Origin: a virus | IMG/VR virus record: IMGVR_UViG_3300025133_000037 | Coordinates: 1-64,000 of that record | Length of the DNA stretch: 64,000 bases | Reading direction: 5' to 3' (one strand) | Shown here: piece after piece, positions 1 to 10,287 of the stretch | How positions within the stretch are numbered: the first letter of the stretch is position 1 | Layout of the letters: every line of letters begins with the position of its first letter | Position numbers and translations under genes: made by a program | The notes under the pieces: generated by a model | The model's input: the letters and a program-made list of their open reading frames with translations, nothing else | What the model was told of the DNA's origin: nothing | Databases searched by the model: none

Positions 1-133
1 TCAAGTCCGATAGCCCGAGCATATTCTGACCTTTTGATTGGCCGTCCTCCTGATCAATATGCTCGACCTCTTCTTCAGTCGCCTCAATGCTTTCCATATC
101 AGGATGGGTTATTTTTCCGGTTCTTCTAGGCAT
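1..133 (-). CDS. Partial ORF running off the window edge (MPRRTGKITHPDMESIEATEEEVEH...); possible tail assembly protein by position
   Basis: ATG at 133 with AGGAG RBS at 139-143; open to the window edge; not in the ORF track; lies downstream of the tail tube gene. Confidence 0.6.
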   Translation of the reverse strand, partial: MPRRTGKITHPDMESIEATEEEVEHIDQEDGQSKGQNMLGLSDL

Positions 134-201
134 AGTTACTCCTTTAGATGTTATACTATATTACTCATTTTTTCGCTTTTGTATTATAAAAGAAATTTAG
201 A

Positions 202-987
202 TCAAAACTCATATCCATATTTATCTATAATAAGCCTTTCTTTCTCTCTAACTATATCTTTTAGATCATTTGTATAAAATTCTCTGTAATGCTGACGCTT
301 TGACTCATTTCTTTTTATTTTTTTATTATTTATAAACTTACTAAATTTATCATATGATTTTAAAGCATTATGCTTACATCCTGATGATATTAAGACTCCA
401 TACATTTCTTGCTCTATATCTTCGCACTTTATTATGCGACCAACGCTTGTTAATTCCTCGTGATTATTCTTAATATAATCAATAGAATTTCCAAAAACAT
501 TCTTTTTATAGAACATATTTAGATACCTAATTGTCAGCACACCAGCGTTTAATTTATCCATCCTTATGAAAAAATCACCATAATGTCTTCTTACCGACCT
601 CTCATCAATAGATCTGTTTGGATCAACCAACCTTTCGACAAACTCCGCAAAACTGCTTGGCTGGCCTAGTTTATTGTATAAATTTCCCTTTGCCCAAGAT
701 GCATGAGACACTTGTTTTGAAAAAGAATATAAGGATACATAATAATCCCAAGGGTTTCTGATAGTGCCGAACGATACAAGATTCCTTAGCCCTCTAAGCT
801 TACGTATTCTACTTAAGCTCTCAAGCTCATAATGAGGAATGTGCATCTGAGCGGCGCTGTCCTTATGCTCAAATGGCCTATATGATTGTGGATACATTCT
901 TTGCAGAAGATTATTCACAAAGGTTCCGGCACACTTTGGCAAATGCACAAAAACCAATTTATCTTTACCATCTTTAACAACTAACAT
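202..987 (-). CDS. Sulfotransferase family 2-like protein
   Basis: FVHLPKCAGT (5'-PAPS loop) and IRNPWDYYVSLY (3'-PAPS motif); typical C-terminal 'Y...EFYT...I.KYGYEF'. Confidence 0.8.
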   Translation of the reverse strand: MLVVKDGKDKLVFVHLPKCAGTFVNNLLQRMYPQSYRPFEHKDSAAQMHIPHYELESLSRIRKLRGLRNLVSFGTIRNPWDYYVSLYSFSKQVSHASWAKGNLYNKLGQPSSFAEFVERLVDPNRSIDERSVRRHYGDFFIRMDKLNAGVLTIRYLNMFYKKNVFGNSIDYIKNNHEELTSVGRIIKCEDIEQEMYGVLISSGCKHNALKSYDKFSKFINNKKIKRNESKRQHYREFYTNDLKDIVREKERLIIDKYGYEF

Positions 988-1007
988 AAAAGCTCCTTAT
1001 ATAATAC

Positions 1008-1038
1008 AAAAATACCACCCGACTAGGATGGCATTTTG
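1008..1038 (-). terminator. Probable intrinsic terminator after tail tube gene
   Basis: Imperfect inverted repeat aaaatacca...tggcatttt with a U-run on the minus strand, just after the tube stop. Confidence 0.55.
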
Positions 1039-1058
1039 CTTTAGACTAAAAACTTTAT

Positions 1059-1694
1059 TTAGTATGCTGCAGAAATTAATCCTGGGAAGTCAAGCGATCC
1101 GCGTCTACCGGACTTGCCAGCATCTGCAGCTTGCTCAATTAGATCCATTTCTCTTCCAGGAATTTCTCTAGCTCCCTGGACGCCTTGGCTTTCCGACACT
1201 GCCTCACCTGCTCTAGTTGAAGATACATATTCGCAATCAACCGAAGCATTTTCTGTGATAGTATAGTCAGTAACCTGATATGTCTTTGACATGCTCTTGA
1301 ACCAACAGTTGTGATATGTTGTAACAACCGCATCATTATCTGTTCCTGTAAACTTGTCTATAACAACAATATCAAAAGGCATTCTCTGAGCCTGAATATT
1401 TCTAAACCCTCTTGAAAAAGCCTCTGGCAAAGACAGGCCATCAAAAACTATTCTTTGGACTGTTAATGAAAATGTTGTTGAGGACTGAGGCACTATTTCG
1501 ATTAAACCATCTGTACCAACTTCTGAAATAGCCTTAAGGCCCCTGGTCTGCTGCTCCTGAAAGGACTGAATGGCTCCGACTGGCTCCCCGTTTACATAGA
1601 CAATAATCTGTGTAGATAAACCGGTTCTAGTCTTCGCCCCTGTAACTGCTGCGCTATCAAATAAAGTCGCTGTATTTGGATAATCTGCCGCCAT
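1059..1694 (-). CDS. Tail tube protein (contractile tail)
   Basis: Directly downstream of the sheath; tube-like pattern VGAIQSF...ISEVG...PFDIVV...TYHNCWF...Y...ITENASV. Confidence 0.85.
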   Translation of the reverse strand: MAADYPNTATLFDSAAVTGAKTRTGLSTQIIVYVNGEPVGAIQSFQEQQTRGLKAISEVGTDGLIEIVPQSSTTFSLTVQRIVFDGLSLPEAFSRGFRNIQAQRMPFDIVVIDKFTGTDNDAVVTTYHNCWFKSMSKTYQVTDYTITENASVDCEYVSSTRAGEAVSESQGVQGAREIPGREMDLIEQAADAGKSGRRGSLDFPGLISAAY

Positions 1695-1706
1695 TGTTTT
1701 CTCCTA

Positions 1707-4700
1707 TTATATAACCCCGACTTCAATGTCTATAAAGATATAGTTTATTGGATAGGCCGGAGAAAATTGTAAATATACGTTGATTTGTCTTGGGTCAACC
1801 TTATCTTGCTCAACCCTAATATTCTTATAAGTAGTAATCAAACCTTGCGTAACAAGGGCTGACATGATAGAGCCTACTCTGGCCGAAACTAAATTGTTAG
1901 TATCAGCACTTTGCACTCCACCGATGTATCCCTTTAGAGAATTTCTCAAAACCCTCTTTACCATATCTCTGATGAATATTATTGAAATCTCTTCATCTTC
2001 AACATAGCCAGAATTGCTCGTCGTTCTTCCTGACATAACCTTGCCGCCGCCGGTTACTGGCTCTAACAATGTAGCTCCAACGCCGCCGAGGCTATTCTGT
2101 ATAACGGGTCTAAAAATCTTATCCCGAGTTAAAGCAAAGCCTGACAAAGTTTTGTTTGTAAGTGGGATCGCAACATTTTGCTTTGCAGACAAATACCCTG
2201 CAGCTGCAGCGCACATATAGAATCCGTGCAACTCAACATTCGTTCCATTTACATTTCTTACAATTGCATCAGGATAAAGATATACACATCTATTGCTCGT
2301 GTAATTATCGCTAAGCTTAAAGTTTACAAGATCTTCAACATCTCCGCTCAAAACCTCTTCTGGATCATCGCCCTGAATGCCCTCTAAAATACCAATGTCT
2401 TCTACAGCAATTTCCTCTGTTCCAATTAATGCAGCCGGAGTAACCCCCATTTGGGCTCCAATAAATGCTACACGCTCTTTTCTATTTGCAATAGAGCTCA
2501 TATTTTCACAGTGATTAACCGTCGCTCTAAAGACAGATGAAATAGCCTGCGATGGAAGTGGGACAATAATTTGTGCATCTGCGGCTTCTAGCGCCTCAAA
2601 GGCATTAAACCAATTTGTATCAAAATAATCAGAATCATTTTCATCTATATAAGAAATCCTGATTCCATCACCCTGCTGAATCACTCCGCTTGTAACAAGA
2701 TCTTTGTGCAAAAGCAATGATGCATCATCTGCCTCGCTATCTTCTGGATTCTTTATAAAATATTGAACATTTATATAACTGGCTTGCAGGTCAACTGATT
2801 CACCTTCGCCGCCATCTGCCGGCGCGATCAATACAAGAGAATCGTCCTCTACCGATGATATAGAAAGCTCAACATAAGGTACCGTCAAAGACTCGTTGAA
2901 TAATGCAAGCGAAATATCACTTACAGTAGTAAGTGTATTCCCGGAAACCGCGTGCTCCATACTAGTAATGACTATAACATGCTCTTCGTGTGATCCATCA
3001 AAATCAAATTCTGACGTTGAAAAATATGCTGTTCCCGACTCTGTATTTAAATATCCCTCGTCACCATTTCCAACTATATCTACAAGTGAGTTTACAATAG
3101 TGTATGCAAAAGAGTTATCTGAACTATTTAGCCAATTTCTCTGTTGAATATCTGTTTCTAACTGAGAATTATAGAAATCTACTTTATTTGGGAATACTTG
3201 AGTCTCCTCTCCGTCCCTTACTACAAATAGATTCACTCTAGTGTCAGGGTCGGGGCGGCCGTTTCTAAGGCCGGTTATAGGTCTTGATATCAAGAATCTT
3301 AAGTCGTCTACGTCACAATCCTCTAAACACCCAGAAAATCCTCCTACTCCCAGAGAATTTACCTCCTCTAGCAAAGTAGAGGCTGTTCTTCTTGGGACCG
3401 GAGGCTTACACTGAACCGATAAAATACCGGGAGCGCCATTCTCCATCGCCATCTGCGCTCCTAACGATAAGGTGTTCTCTTCGCTTGGATTGCCATGCTT
3501 ATTAAACAGGTCTATAGCTTCTGTGAAAAACTGAGGATCATTAAGATCGCCTTCATAAATATACTTTGCTTCTAAATTATCCCCTTGGCCCAAAGCTCTT
3601 GAAGATACATCTACATAAAATTTATCTCCAACTTCAAATGGAACAGAGCCCTCTTGGAGCCCAAGTAACAAGATGCCATTATTTTCTAACAGATGGAACG
3701 TAAGCCCCTCTGCTGCCAGACCAACGTCGCTTGCTCCAGAAGCCTCTTCTAAATCTTCAAATCCAGTATTTTCATCATCAAGATCGTGAAGTCTAACTCT
3801 TCTGGTAGAAGTAACTGCTGAAATCGTATACCTTCCTCCGCCAAACGCCCCGCCAGGGCATATAACAATAGTCTTGCCTATATCGCCACTTGTAAAGCTA
3901 CCCTCTTCATTAGGAGTTCCGTCTTCCATGCTATGTTCATCGGATGGGTCGTCAATCAAAAGGTTTGTAGCTCGAATCTGCCAATCATAAAGAGCATCTT
4001 CATCCCACTCTGGATCAGATGGTCCGAGCGAGTCTGTGGTCAAGGTAATTACTGTATCATCGTCATCAAACTCTATATCTTCTATCTCGTATCCAACATA
4101 GCCATCTACGCACAAGAAATCTCCTGGCATAGCCTGGCCTTGCGCCACCAAATCTACACCCTCAATAATGAAGGTATCTGTAGTGGTCGGAGACTCATCT
4201 CCATCTCTAGCAAATACATGACCTTGCCCAAAGGTTCCCCCATCGTAACCCTCGGCTACAACAAAGCCATCTTCGCACTCTGAAATATTTCCAGATATTG
4301 CTCCTGACGTACTTGAAAAATATGCACTATGAAATGTTATTGGAGCGCCTGAGGCATCATAAATCTGACCAGAAACAGCTCCGGTGGCAGTAAATGTTGC
4401 CATCCCAGATATAGGATCTCCATTGGAATCTCTGACAACGCTAACACACCTTACGGTCCAACGCTCACTGGATGCAGACTCATCTAATATTCCTAAAGTT
4501 ACAAAGGGATCACAAGAAGAATCTTCTACAACAATTCCTGTTCCAATATTAGAGCTTCCTGCTCCCCAGCCTTTTCCGTCTTGGTCCCCAATAGATGCTC
4601 CTCGTAATTCTAGGCAGCCTGTCGTGGGGTCCAGTCTGTAGTCAAAAGCGCTATCAACACCTGATGCGTCAATCTCTTCTTCTTTTCCAAATAAAAGCGT

Positions 4701-4973
4701 TCCATTTAACCTAAGCTCTGTTCTGCCACTTATAACGGGGGCATTTTGAACTTTAAAAAAGCGCCCTTCTCCTTCTCCCGTAGGACTGCAATCAGCCTCT
4801 CCGTCTTGACCGCTACCTTGGGCCGACTGAATAATAGTCTCCCCCCTAAGGCCTTCGCCCATGACACAAACTATTCTTAATCCGCCAGGGATAGATACTC
4901 CACGGGAGAGGACTCTATCTCTTGCAAATGCTCCAGGTTGTATAAATCCTGAAATTCCTGGTATGTTAGCCAT
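1707..4973 (-). CDS. Tail sheath protein with large inserted domains
   Basis: N-terminal 'QPGAF' sheath-type start; C-terminal 'HCENMS...KERVAFIG', 'EEISIIFIRD', 'VEQDKVDPRQINVYLQFSPAYPINYIFI'; GGAGG RBS at 4981-4985. Confidence 0.9.
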   Translation of the reverse strand: MANIPGISGFIQPGAFARDRVLSRGVSIPGGLRIVCVMGEGLRGETIIQSAQGSGQDGEADCSPTGEGEGRFFKVQNAPVISGRTELRLNGTLLFGKEEEIDASGVDSAFDYRLDPTTGCLELRGASIGDQDGKGWGAGSSNIGTGIVVEDSSCDPFVTLGILDESASSERWTVRCVSVVRDSNGDPISGMATFTATGAVSGQIYDASGAPITFHSAYFSSTSGAISGNISECEDGFVVAEGYDGGTFGQGHVFARDGDESPTTTDTFIIEGVDLVAQGQAMPGDFLCVDGYVGYEIEDIEFDDDDTVITLTTDSLGPSDPEWDEDALYDWQIRATNLLIDDPSDEHSMEDGTPNEEGSFTSGDIGKTIVICPGGAFGGGRYTISAVTSTRRVRLHDLDDENTGFEDLEEASGASDVGLAAEGLTFHLLENNGILLLGLQEGSVPFEVGDKFYVDVSSRALGQGDNLEAKYIYEGDLNDPQFFTEAIDLFNKHGNPSEENTLSLGAQMAMENGAPGILSVQCKPPVPRRTASTLLEEVNSLGVGGFSGCLEDCDVDDLRFLISRPITGLRNGRPDPDTRVNLFVVRDGEETQVFPNKVDFYNSQLETDIQQRNWLNSSDNSFAYTIVNSLVDIVGNGDEGYLNTESGTAYFSTSEFDFDGSHEEHVIVITSMEHAVSGNTLTTVSDISLALFNESLTVPYVELSISSVEDDSLVLIAPADGGEGESVDLQASYINVQYFIKNPEDSEADDASLLLHKDLVTSGVIQQGDGIRISYIDENDSDYFDTNWFNAFEALEAADAQIIVPLPSQAISSVFRATVNHCENMSSIANRKERVAFIGAQMGVTPAALIGTEEIAVEDIGILEGIQGDDPEEVLSGDVEDLVNFKLSDNYTSNRCVYLYPDAIVRNVNGTNVELHGFYMCAAAAGYLSAKQNVAIPLTNKTLSGFALTRDKIFRPVIQNSLGGVGATLLEPVTGGGKVMSGRTTSNSGYVEDEEISIIFIRDMVKRVLRNSLKGYIGGVQSADTNNLVSARVGSIMSALVTQGLITTYKNIRVEQDKVDPRQINVYLQFSPAYPINYIFIDIEVGVI

Positions 4974-5016
4974 TTAAAATCCTCCGCGCTTGCAATAACT
5001 CATCAAATTATTTATT

Positions 5017-5023
5017 ATTAGTA
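5017..5023 (-). promoter_or_regulatory. Putative late promoter motif TACTAAT upstream of sheath
   Basis: One of at least 13 RCTAAT copies, almost all in short intergenic gaps ahead of structural genes. Confidence 0.55.
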
Positions 5024-5046
5024 GTTTCATTTCTTTGCTTCTTTTA

Positions 5047-5853
5047 TTAAATCTCTGTTAATTCAATTATATCATTAAACCTATCAGAAAGCATATCTGC
5101 GTCCGTTCTGACGCCCGGTATGGGGTGCCAAGTGGGCTGTATGCTAAAGGCGATTTTCTCCACAATATTTTCTATTGGAATCTCGACTCTCCATTCTGAT
5201 AAAGTACTTAAACTTATGCTTGTATTGTATACGAAATCATTCGCATATGGCTCAGCTTGCTCTCCTCCAATTCTAACTTGACTAACAAATAGCCCGTTAG
5301 CTCGAAGATCATTCCATAATACGTACTGTATTGCCATAGACACTATGTCAACAAGCTCCTCTAGCTCAGCTTGACTTTCCGAATATATTCCCAAATCAAA
5401 TCCAAGCTCCCATCGTCCTGCATAAACCCTATGTGTCGGTGTACTAACAACCTTTCTTGTGCCATAATCAGTTTCTACCATATCAGTTCTATATTTATAA
5501 GTCATATTTTGATTAAAAGATAACGGCTTATAAGAGCCGCCACTAGACTTCACAACAATTGCTGGGAAAAACTTAACTTCATATCTATATGTATCACTGA
5601 TTAGTATTTTTGTAGTTTCTTCAGAATCTGTGTCAACGCCAGTTTGATCTGGAGTTAACGGATAACCGTACTCATCATCCCTATATGTAAATATAGAATC
5701 GTTTCTAAATACCTTTCTGAGCCCATCAATCAAAAGCGTTTTGGGGTGTACAATGGCAGTTTGCTGCACAATATGATTGTCTGTAAAAAAACTAGAATAG
5801 ACTACATGATCACCATTCAATCCTGTTCCTGGTAAATTTTGTTCGTCTATCAT
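5047..5853 (-). CDS. Tail completion / tail terminator-like protein
   Basis: Immediately upstream of sheath; 'FFPAIVV', 'FDLGIYSESQAELEELVD' alpha/beta pattern. Confidence 0.6.
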   Translation of the reverse strand: MIDEQNLPGTGLNGDHVVYSSFFTDNHIVQQTAIVHPKTLLIDGLRKVFRNDSIFTYRDDEYGYPLTPDQTGVDTDSEETTKILISDTYRYEVKFFPAIVVKSSGGSYKPLSFNQNMTYKYRTDMVETDYGTRKVVSTPTHRVYAGRWELGFDLGIYSESQAELEELVDIVSMAIQYVLWNDLRANGLFVSQVRIGGEQAEPYANDFVYNTSISLSTLSEWRVEIPIENIVEKIAFSIQPTWHPIPGVRTDADMLSDRFNDIIELTEI

Positions 5854-5865
5854 GCTTTATCTATC

Positions 5866-6204
5866 CTAATCTCTATAATTTATCGGCAGATACTTCAAGT
5901 CTTCTATACTAGAGGCTTGTTCGCAAAAATGCTTCACCTCCCTAATAAACTTATCTAACTTCTGCTTATCCATTAGATCGCTTTCATCTAAAACAATAGT
6001 CTTCTTTATCATTAGCTCTGCAACAATACCACCATTATTAGTATCTAAATTACCAGAAACCATCTCTATGGAATTACTATCGGAAACCATATTGACTTCT
6101 CGACTCATTTCTTTCTTAAGAAAATCAGAAAGTTTCTTAACTGTGCGCTCTAGAATAGAATTACTTTTTATTTTTTCACTAAAAATCTTAACAGCAAACA
6201 TCAT
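5866..6204 (-). CDS. Hypothetical protein
   Basis: Start/stop overlap with upstream gene; operon packing. Confidence 0.6.
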   Translation of the reverse strand: MMFAVKIFSEKIKSNSILERTVKKLSDFLKKEMSREVNMVSDSNSIEMVSGNLDTNNGGIVAELMIKKTIVLDESDLMDKQKLDKFIREVKHFCEQASSIEDLKYLPINYRD

Positions 6205-6674
6205 CTAACCTCATATTCATTTTGACCCTCTTCTAACTCAACCGTCCGATTGATCGGTTTAAACTTTTTATGAATATATTCTACTCCGAATCTTCCTGCC
6301 GGCAACCTTACTTCCCAGTGTCCGTTTGCGTCCGAATTTAAATTTTTAACCTTCTCATTCGAATCGTTGTACACGTTGACAATAACGTCTGATATTGGGA
6401 CTTTGGACTTATTAACTATATATCCGTGAAGCCTGATGTTCCCAAGAACAAGTTTTTGAACTTTCTGTTGCCGGATGGGCTGAGGCTGTATATTGTCCTT
6501 AACAATAGGAGGAATAACAGCTGCCACTGCAGCATTCTTATTAAGCTTAGATACTTTGTTGCTGAGGATTTTTATGTTATCATCAATAACTTGAACCCGT
6601 TTGTCAAGAAGGTCTAATCTATCAAGTATTGTGTAGATTGCATCTATCGCTGATTGTTCTTTTGACTTTGTCAT
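6201..6674 (-). CDS. Coiled-coil plus carboxypeptidase-regulatory/prealbumin-like beta domain protein
   Basis: N-terminal heptads; 'LHGYIVNK..VPISDVIV...SDANGHWEVRLPAGRF'. Confidence 0.6.
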   Translation of the reverse strand: MTKSKEQSAIDAIYTILDRLDLLDKRVQVIDDNIKILSNKVSKLNKNAAVAAVIPPIVKDNIQPQPIRQQKVQKLVLGNIRLHGYIVNKSKVPISDVIVNVYNDSNEKVKNLNSDANGHWEVRLPAGRFGVEYIHKKFKPINRTVELEEGQNEYEVR

Positions 6675-6677
6675 TAT

Positions 6678-9600
6678 TTATGTCACCAGAGGGTACATGG
6701 CGTTCCCAGCTTCTATGTAGCCTGCAAGGCTAGGGCTGAACGAAACAAAGACCATATCGTAATCTGGGTTTATTCCATCTGAACTATATATAGAGTCCAC
6801 TACTATATTGTCTCTTATTATAGTATTTTGAAGCAATGAGTCTTCAAAAATTAATATTGGACCTTGACCAAATCCTGCTCGTACAAATAAACAATTTGAT
6901 ATTATTATATTCCCACTTGCTGCTCCGGTTGATCCAGAATTTAATGCAAATGGCATTTCATACCCCGTAGATGAGGTTGATCCAGATGTTATACTTGCAC
7001 TTTCTGACCCTATATAGTTAATATCATTAAACCTTAGAATAGGGTTAGTGCTGTCTACACTAACTCTGATGCTTATGACTGTATCAGTTAAATCGCTATC
7101 AAAAGATGAAAAATCACTTTCATAAGTAAATCTTTCTAATGTAACTCCACGCCCTATATCGTCTGTGCCAGCGTACTCATGATCACCTATAACAAATATA
7201 GGGCTGCCAATCCCGTACACTCCCCCTGATAAACCAGGGGGATATGATTCGTCTCTTTGAAGTACTGTATTCGGGCCCTCTCCTGAAATTTTTACGCCGA
7301 AGTTTACATTAATTTGCTCTTTTATATAATATCTTCCTTCCTTAATCAAAACACTCGGAGTACCCATATCAGGAAACATTTTTGAAAACATTCTAGCATA
7401 ATCAACAGCTGTCTTTATATCTGTGAAATGCCCAAATCTTTGATCATTAGCAACAGTTATATCTGCTATAATTTTATAGTCTAAATGATCGACAAAAAGT
7501 CGTAAATCCGTAACGGTTAATGTATCGATTTCCACATAAGCTATATGAGCTACATTTTGAGACGCAAATGGGGATATATAATCTGTTCCCATATCTGGAT
7601 CGACTTCATTTCCAATAACCAGGCATCCGTATGCATCTAATCCGATATAAAAATTTTCAGTTGATCCATTTGTATAATTATAAATCAAAGAATCTACGCC
7701 CAAGTATTCAAATCTAGTTCCATTAACAACTGAAACACCAGGATTTATTGTTATAGAGCATGTATCGTCACCATTATCTATAATTTCTTCGACATCAATA
7801 TCTCTAATTATACCCGACCCTCTAAGCTCGTTTCTCGGGCCCTGAATATATCTTTCTAATAAAGCATCTCCAACAATTGTATCATCAACGGTTCCTGTTG
7901 AACGTTTATCCGTAATACTTAAAGCTCCAGACCCACCCAGTCCGGCATGCGGAGCCTCGATTATAACTCCAAATTCTGGAGAATAAACTGCGCGGCATAG
8001 ATGCAGAACACTGCTTGGAAGTTCTCCATATCCAAACAGTGAGGACTCAAGGATGCCGACTCCAAATGGTGTTATAGATGCGTTTGGGACATATACACTC
8101 AAAACTATGTATTCCATTTTGTCTAAAGAATATACCTTATATATTCCAGTTGCGCCCACAAAGGTTTCTGGGCCGGATATTCCGGCGGGCTCTTGCTTTA
8201 TAGATGCCATCCCCGATGTATCTACGGTCAAAGTATACTCTATATCCTGCCCTATAAAGCCTTGTGATACGTCTGTAACTACAGCATAAAAATTTGCTAT
8301 ATTCATATGTCCGGCTATATCTATTCTTCTTCGATAAAATAAATTTGCCGTTTCATCTATAAACACGTCAAGCATAATTAGGCCATCAGAGATTACAGAC
8401 TCCCAGCTTTCTAAAAATTCTAATTCAGACACTGAGGCAGTTGATCTTAAGAAGAATATTGCAGACTCATCAGATAACTCGCCCTGCAGTGTAGACCCCG
8501 TATAATCTAGGGTAATTTTATCCTCCTCAACTATCATTACAGAGCGCGTTCCATCATCGTCAGAGTCAGAAGATCCCTCTATAACGCATAAGTCGCCAAC
8601 TCTAAGGCCATCTGTTATGAAGTCTACCGCCGTAGAATTTATTTCAACAGTTCCTGCTCCAATCGAAACAGAGTCTGCTCCATATTTTGTAATCTTTCCA
8701 TAATCCTCAATAATTCTTCCGTTAATGTGAAAAGAATTTCCGGCAGATCCTTCTATAAGCCTATCTTTAAGGTAATCTAAGCCTAAGGCTTCCGCTGCAT
8801 CATTCGAAGACGCATCAACTATTTTTAATGTTCTATTTTTAACATCAGAGGAGTTATTAGGCATAACATGCGTTATAGCAAGTTCAAAGCACTTTAATGA
8901 TCTAAGTTTATAAGCAAATATATTTAAATTATTATCTACACAATATTGATTAATTGTTGCCACAATTATATCTAAAGATTGAGTGTCATAAGATGAGTTG
9001 AAAACATTTATTTCTACTGCATCACCTTCGTCTATCTCTATTGCTAAAGTATCTGTCGAACCATCAAGCACATTAGACGCCCTCATTCCAGAGGAAATTA
9101 CTGTCGCAGAATTAGGCGGAGCAACTTGAATCGAAGGAGTGTTGCTGAATCCAGATCTCGGTCTAGCAGAGCAGTTAAGGCCATTCTCGTTATAATTTGT
9201 ATATATACTCTTTTTTATTTGAGCCGTAGTACCTGTTGTGAATGCATTTAATGGTCCTCCGAAGATTTCTACATAGTCTAAATCTTCTCCCGGAGTCAGC
9301 ACTACAGACATAATTATATATTCCGCATTATCATCTTCATCTGGAGATGTCAGAATTTCCAATATATCAAACGGCTTTACGTCAGCAACAGGAGTCGGCT
9401 CATCTGGAAAGGCTATATACATCGAACTGGAGCCGCTTGGCCCGGTATATGCTATTTCTGACTCGCTAACAATAACTCCACCCGTTTCATTGCCTTCTAA
9501 CGCATCATATACAGATCCTGTTCTTATTATTCCATTAGAGTTTAAATTCAATATAGAGTTCCTAAGGCCAGTTCCCTCCAGATCAGCGAGATCATCAATA

Positions 9601-10274
9601 GCCCCTTGAACATCGCCCGAGGGAATTAAGTCCGATGTTTTGTCATTATCATAATAAATTTGATTTGAATTATGAGAATTATTATTCTGATCTACAGCTT
9701 CGCCTGTATAATGAATATGCTCATTGTATAATATCTCAAGAGCCTCTTGCAAGGTTCCGTCTTCAAGAGATCTGGTTGAAAGAGCAGATTCGTCCACCTC
9801 TGCTGCGACTACAGTTATTGCTTGCGCCCTATGTCTATTTATGGCATCCAAATGAACATGTGCAGATAAAATTCTGTTTAACTCTTCTAATGTTTCTATA
9901 AATAATGCAAGCCGGCTATCTAATATAGATATCTCATCCTGAAGCAATGTTGTAGGGTAGTTTAGTCTTAACTTGCTTTCGTTAATTGCGGCGGTCTTTG
10001 ATACATCAGAGTCTGTAATTGGGCCAGATAAGAGGTTTGCCCTATCCAATGCTTCTTTAGTGATATTTCCATTATCATCCATGGCATTAGACAATCTCGC
10101 AGCGACTGTATTGCCTATTGCGCCTTGCGGATTTATCCCCAAGGTCTTTTCTATATTAAATATTGCCGACCTCAAACTATTAAGCACATCGGAGCCTATC
10201 TCTGTAATATTATCTCTAATTACAGGGATCTCTACTGATGTATCTAATTTATCTGGGTAATTTGACTTTGCCAT
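6678..10274 (-). CDS. Tail fibre/tailspike protein A with C-terminal pectin-lyase-like beta-helix
   Basis: N-terminal anchor MAKSNYPDKLD shared with the neighbouring gene; beta-helix start 'VLIKEGRYY...VKISGEGPNTVL'. Confidence 0.7.
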   Translation of the reverse strand: MAKSNYPDKLDTSVEIPVIRDNITEIGSDVLNSLRSAIFNIEKTLGINPQGAIGNTVAARLSNAMDDNGNITKEALDRANLLSGPITDSDVSKTAAINESKLRLNYPTTLLQDEISILDSRLALFIETLEELNRILSAHVHLDAINRHRAQAITVVAAEVDESALSTRSLEDGTLQEALEILYNEHIHYTGEAVDQNNNSHNSNQIYYDNDKTSDLIPSGDVQGAIDDLADLEGTGLRNSILNLNSNGIIRTGSVYDALEGNETGGVIVSESEIAYTGPSGSSSMYIAFPDEPTPVADVKPFDILEILTSPDEDDNAEYIIMSVVLTPGEDLDYVEIFGGPLNAFTTGTTAQIKKSIYTNYNENGLNCSARPRSGFSNTPSIQVAPPNSATVISSGMRASNVLDGSTDTLAIEIDEGDAVEINVFNSSYDTQSLDIIVATINQYCVDNNLNIFAYKLRSLKCFELAITHVMPNNSSDVKNRTLKIVDASSNDAAEALGLDYLKDRLIEGSAGNSFHINGRIIEDYGKITKYGADSVSIGAGTVEINSTAVDFITDGLRVGDLCVIEGSSDSDDDGTRSVMIVEEDKITLDYTGSTLQGELSDESAIFFLRSTASVSELEFLESWESVISDGLIMLDVFIDETANLFYRRRIDIAGHMNIANFYAVVTDVSQGFIGQDIEYTLTVDTSGMASIKQEPAGISGPETFVGATGIYKVYSLDKMEYIVLSVYVPNASITPFGVGILESSLFGYGELPSSVLHLCRAVYSPEFGVIIEAPHAGLGGSGALSITDKRSTGTVDDTIVGDALLERYIQGPRNELRGSGIIRDIDVEEIIDNGDDTCSITINPGVSVVNGTRFEYLGVDSLIYNYTNGSTENFYIGLDAYGCLVIGNEVDPDMGTDYISPFASQNVAHIAYVEIDTLTVTDLRLFVDHLDYKIIADITVANDQRFGHFTDIKTAVDYARMFSKMFPDMGTPSVLIKEGRYYIKEQINVNFGVKISGEGPNTVLQRDESYPPGLSGGVYGIGSPIFVIGDHEYAGTDDIGRGVTLERFTYESDFSSFDSDLTDTVISIRVSVDSTNPILRFNDINYIGSESASITSGSTSSTGYEMPFALNSGSTGAASGNIIISNCLFVRAGFGQGPILIFEDSLLQNTIIRDNIVVDSIYSSDGINPDYDMVFVSFSPSLAGYIEAGNAMYPLVT

Positions 10275-10287
10275 TTAATATATCCTA

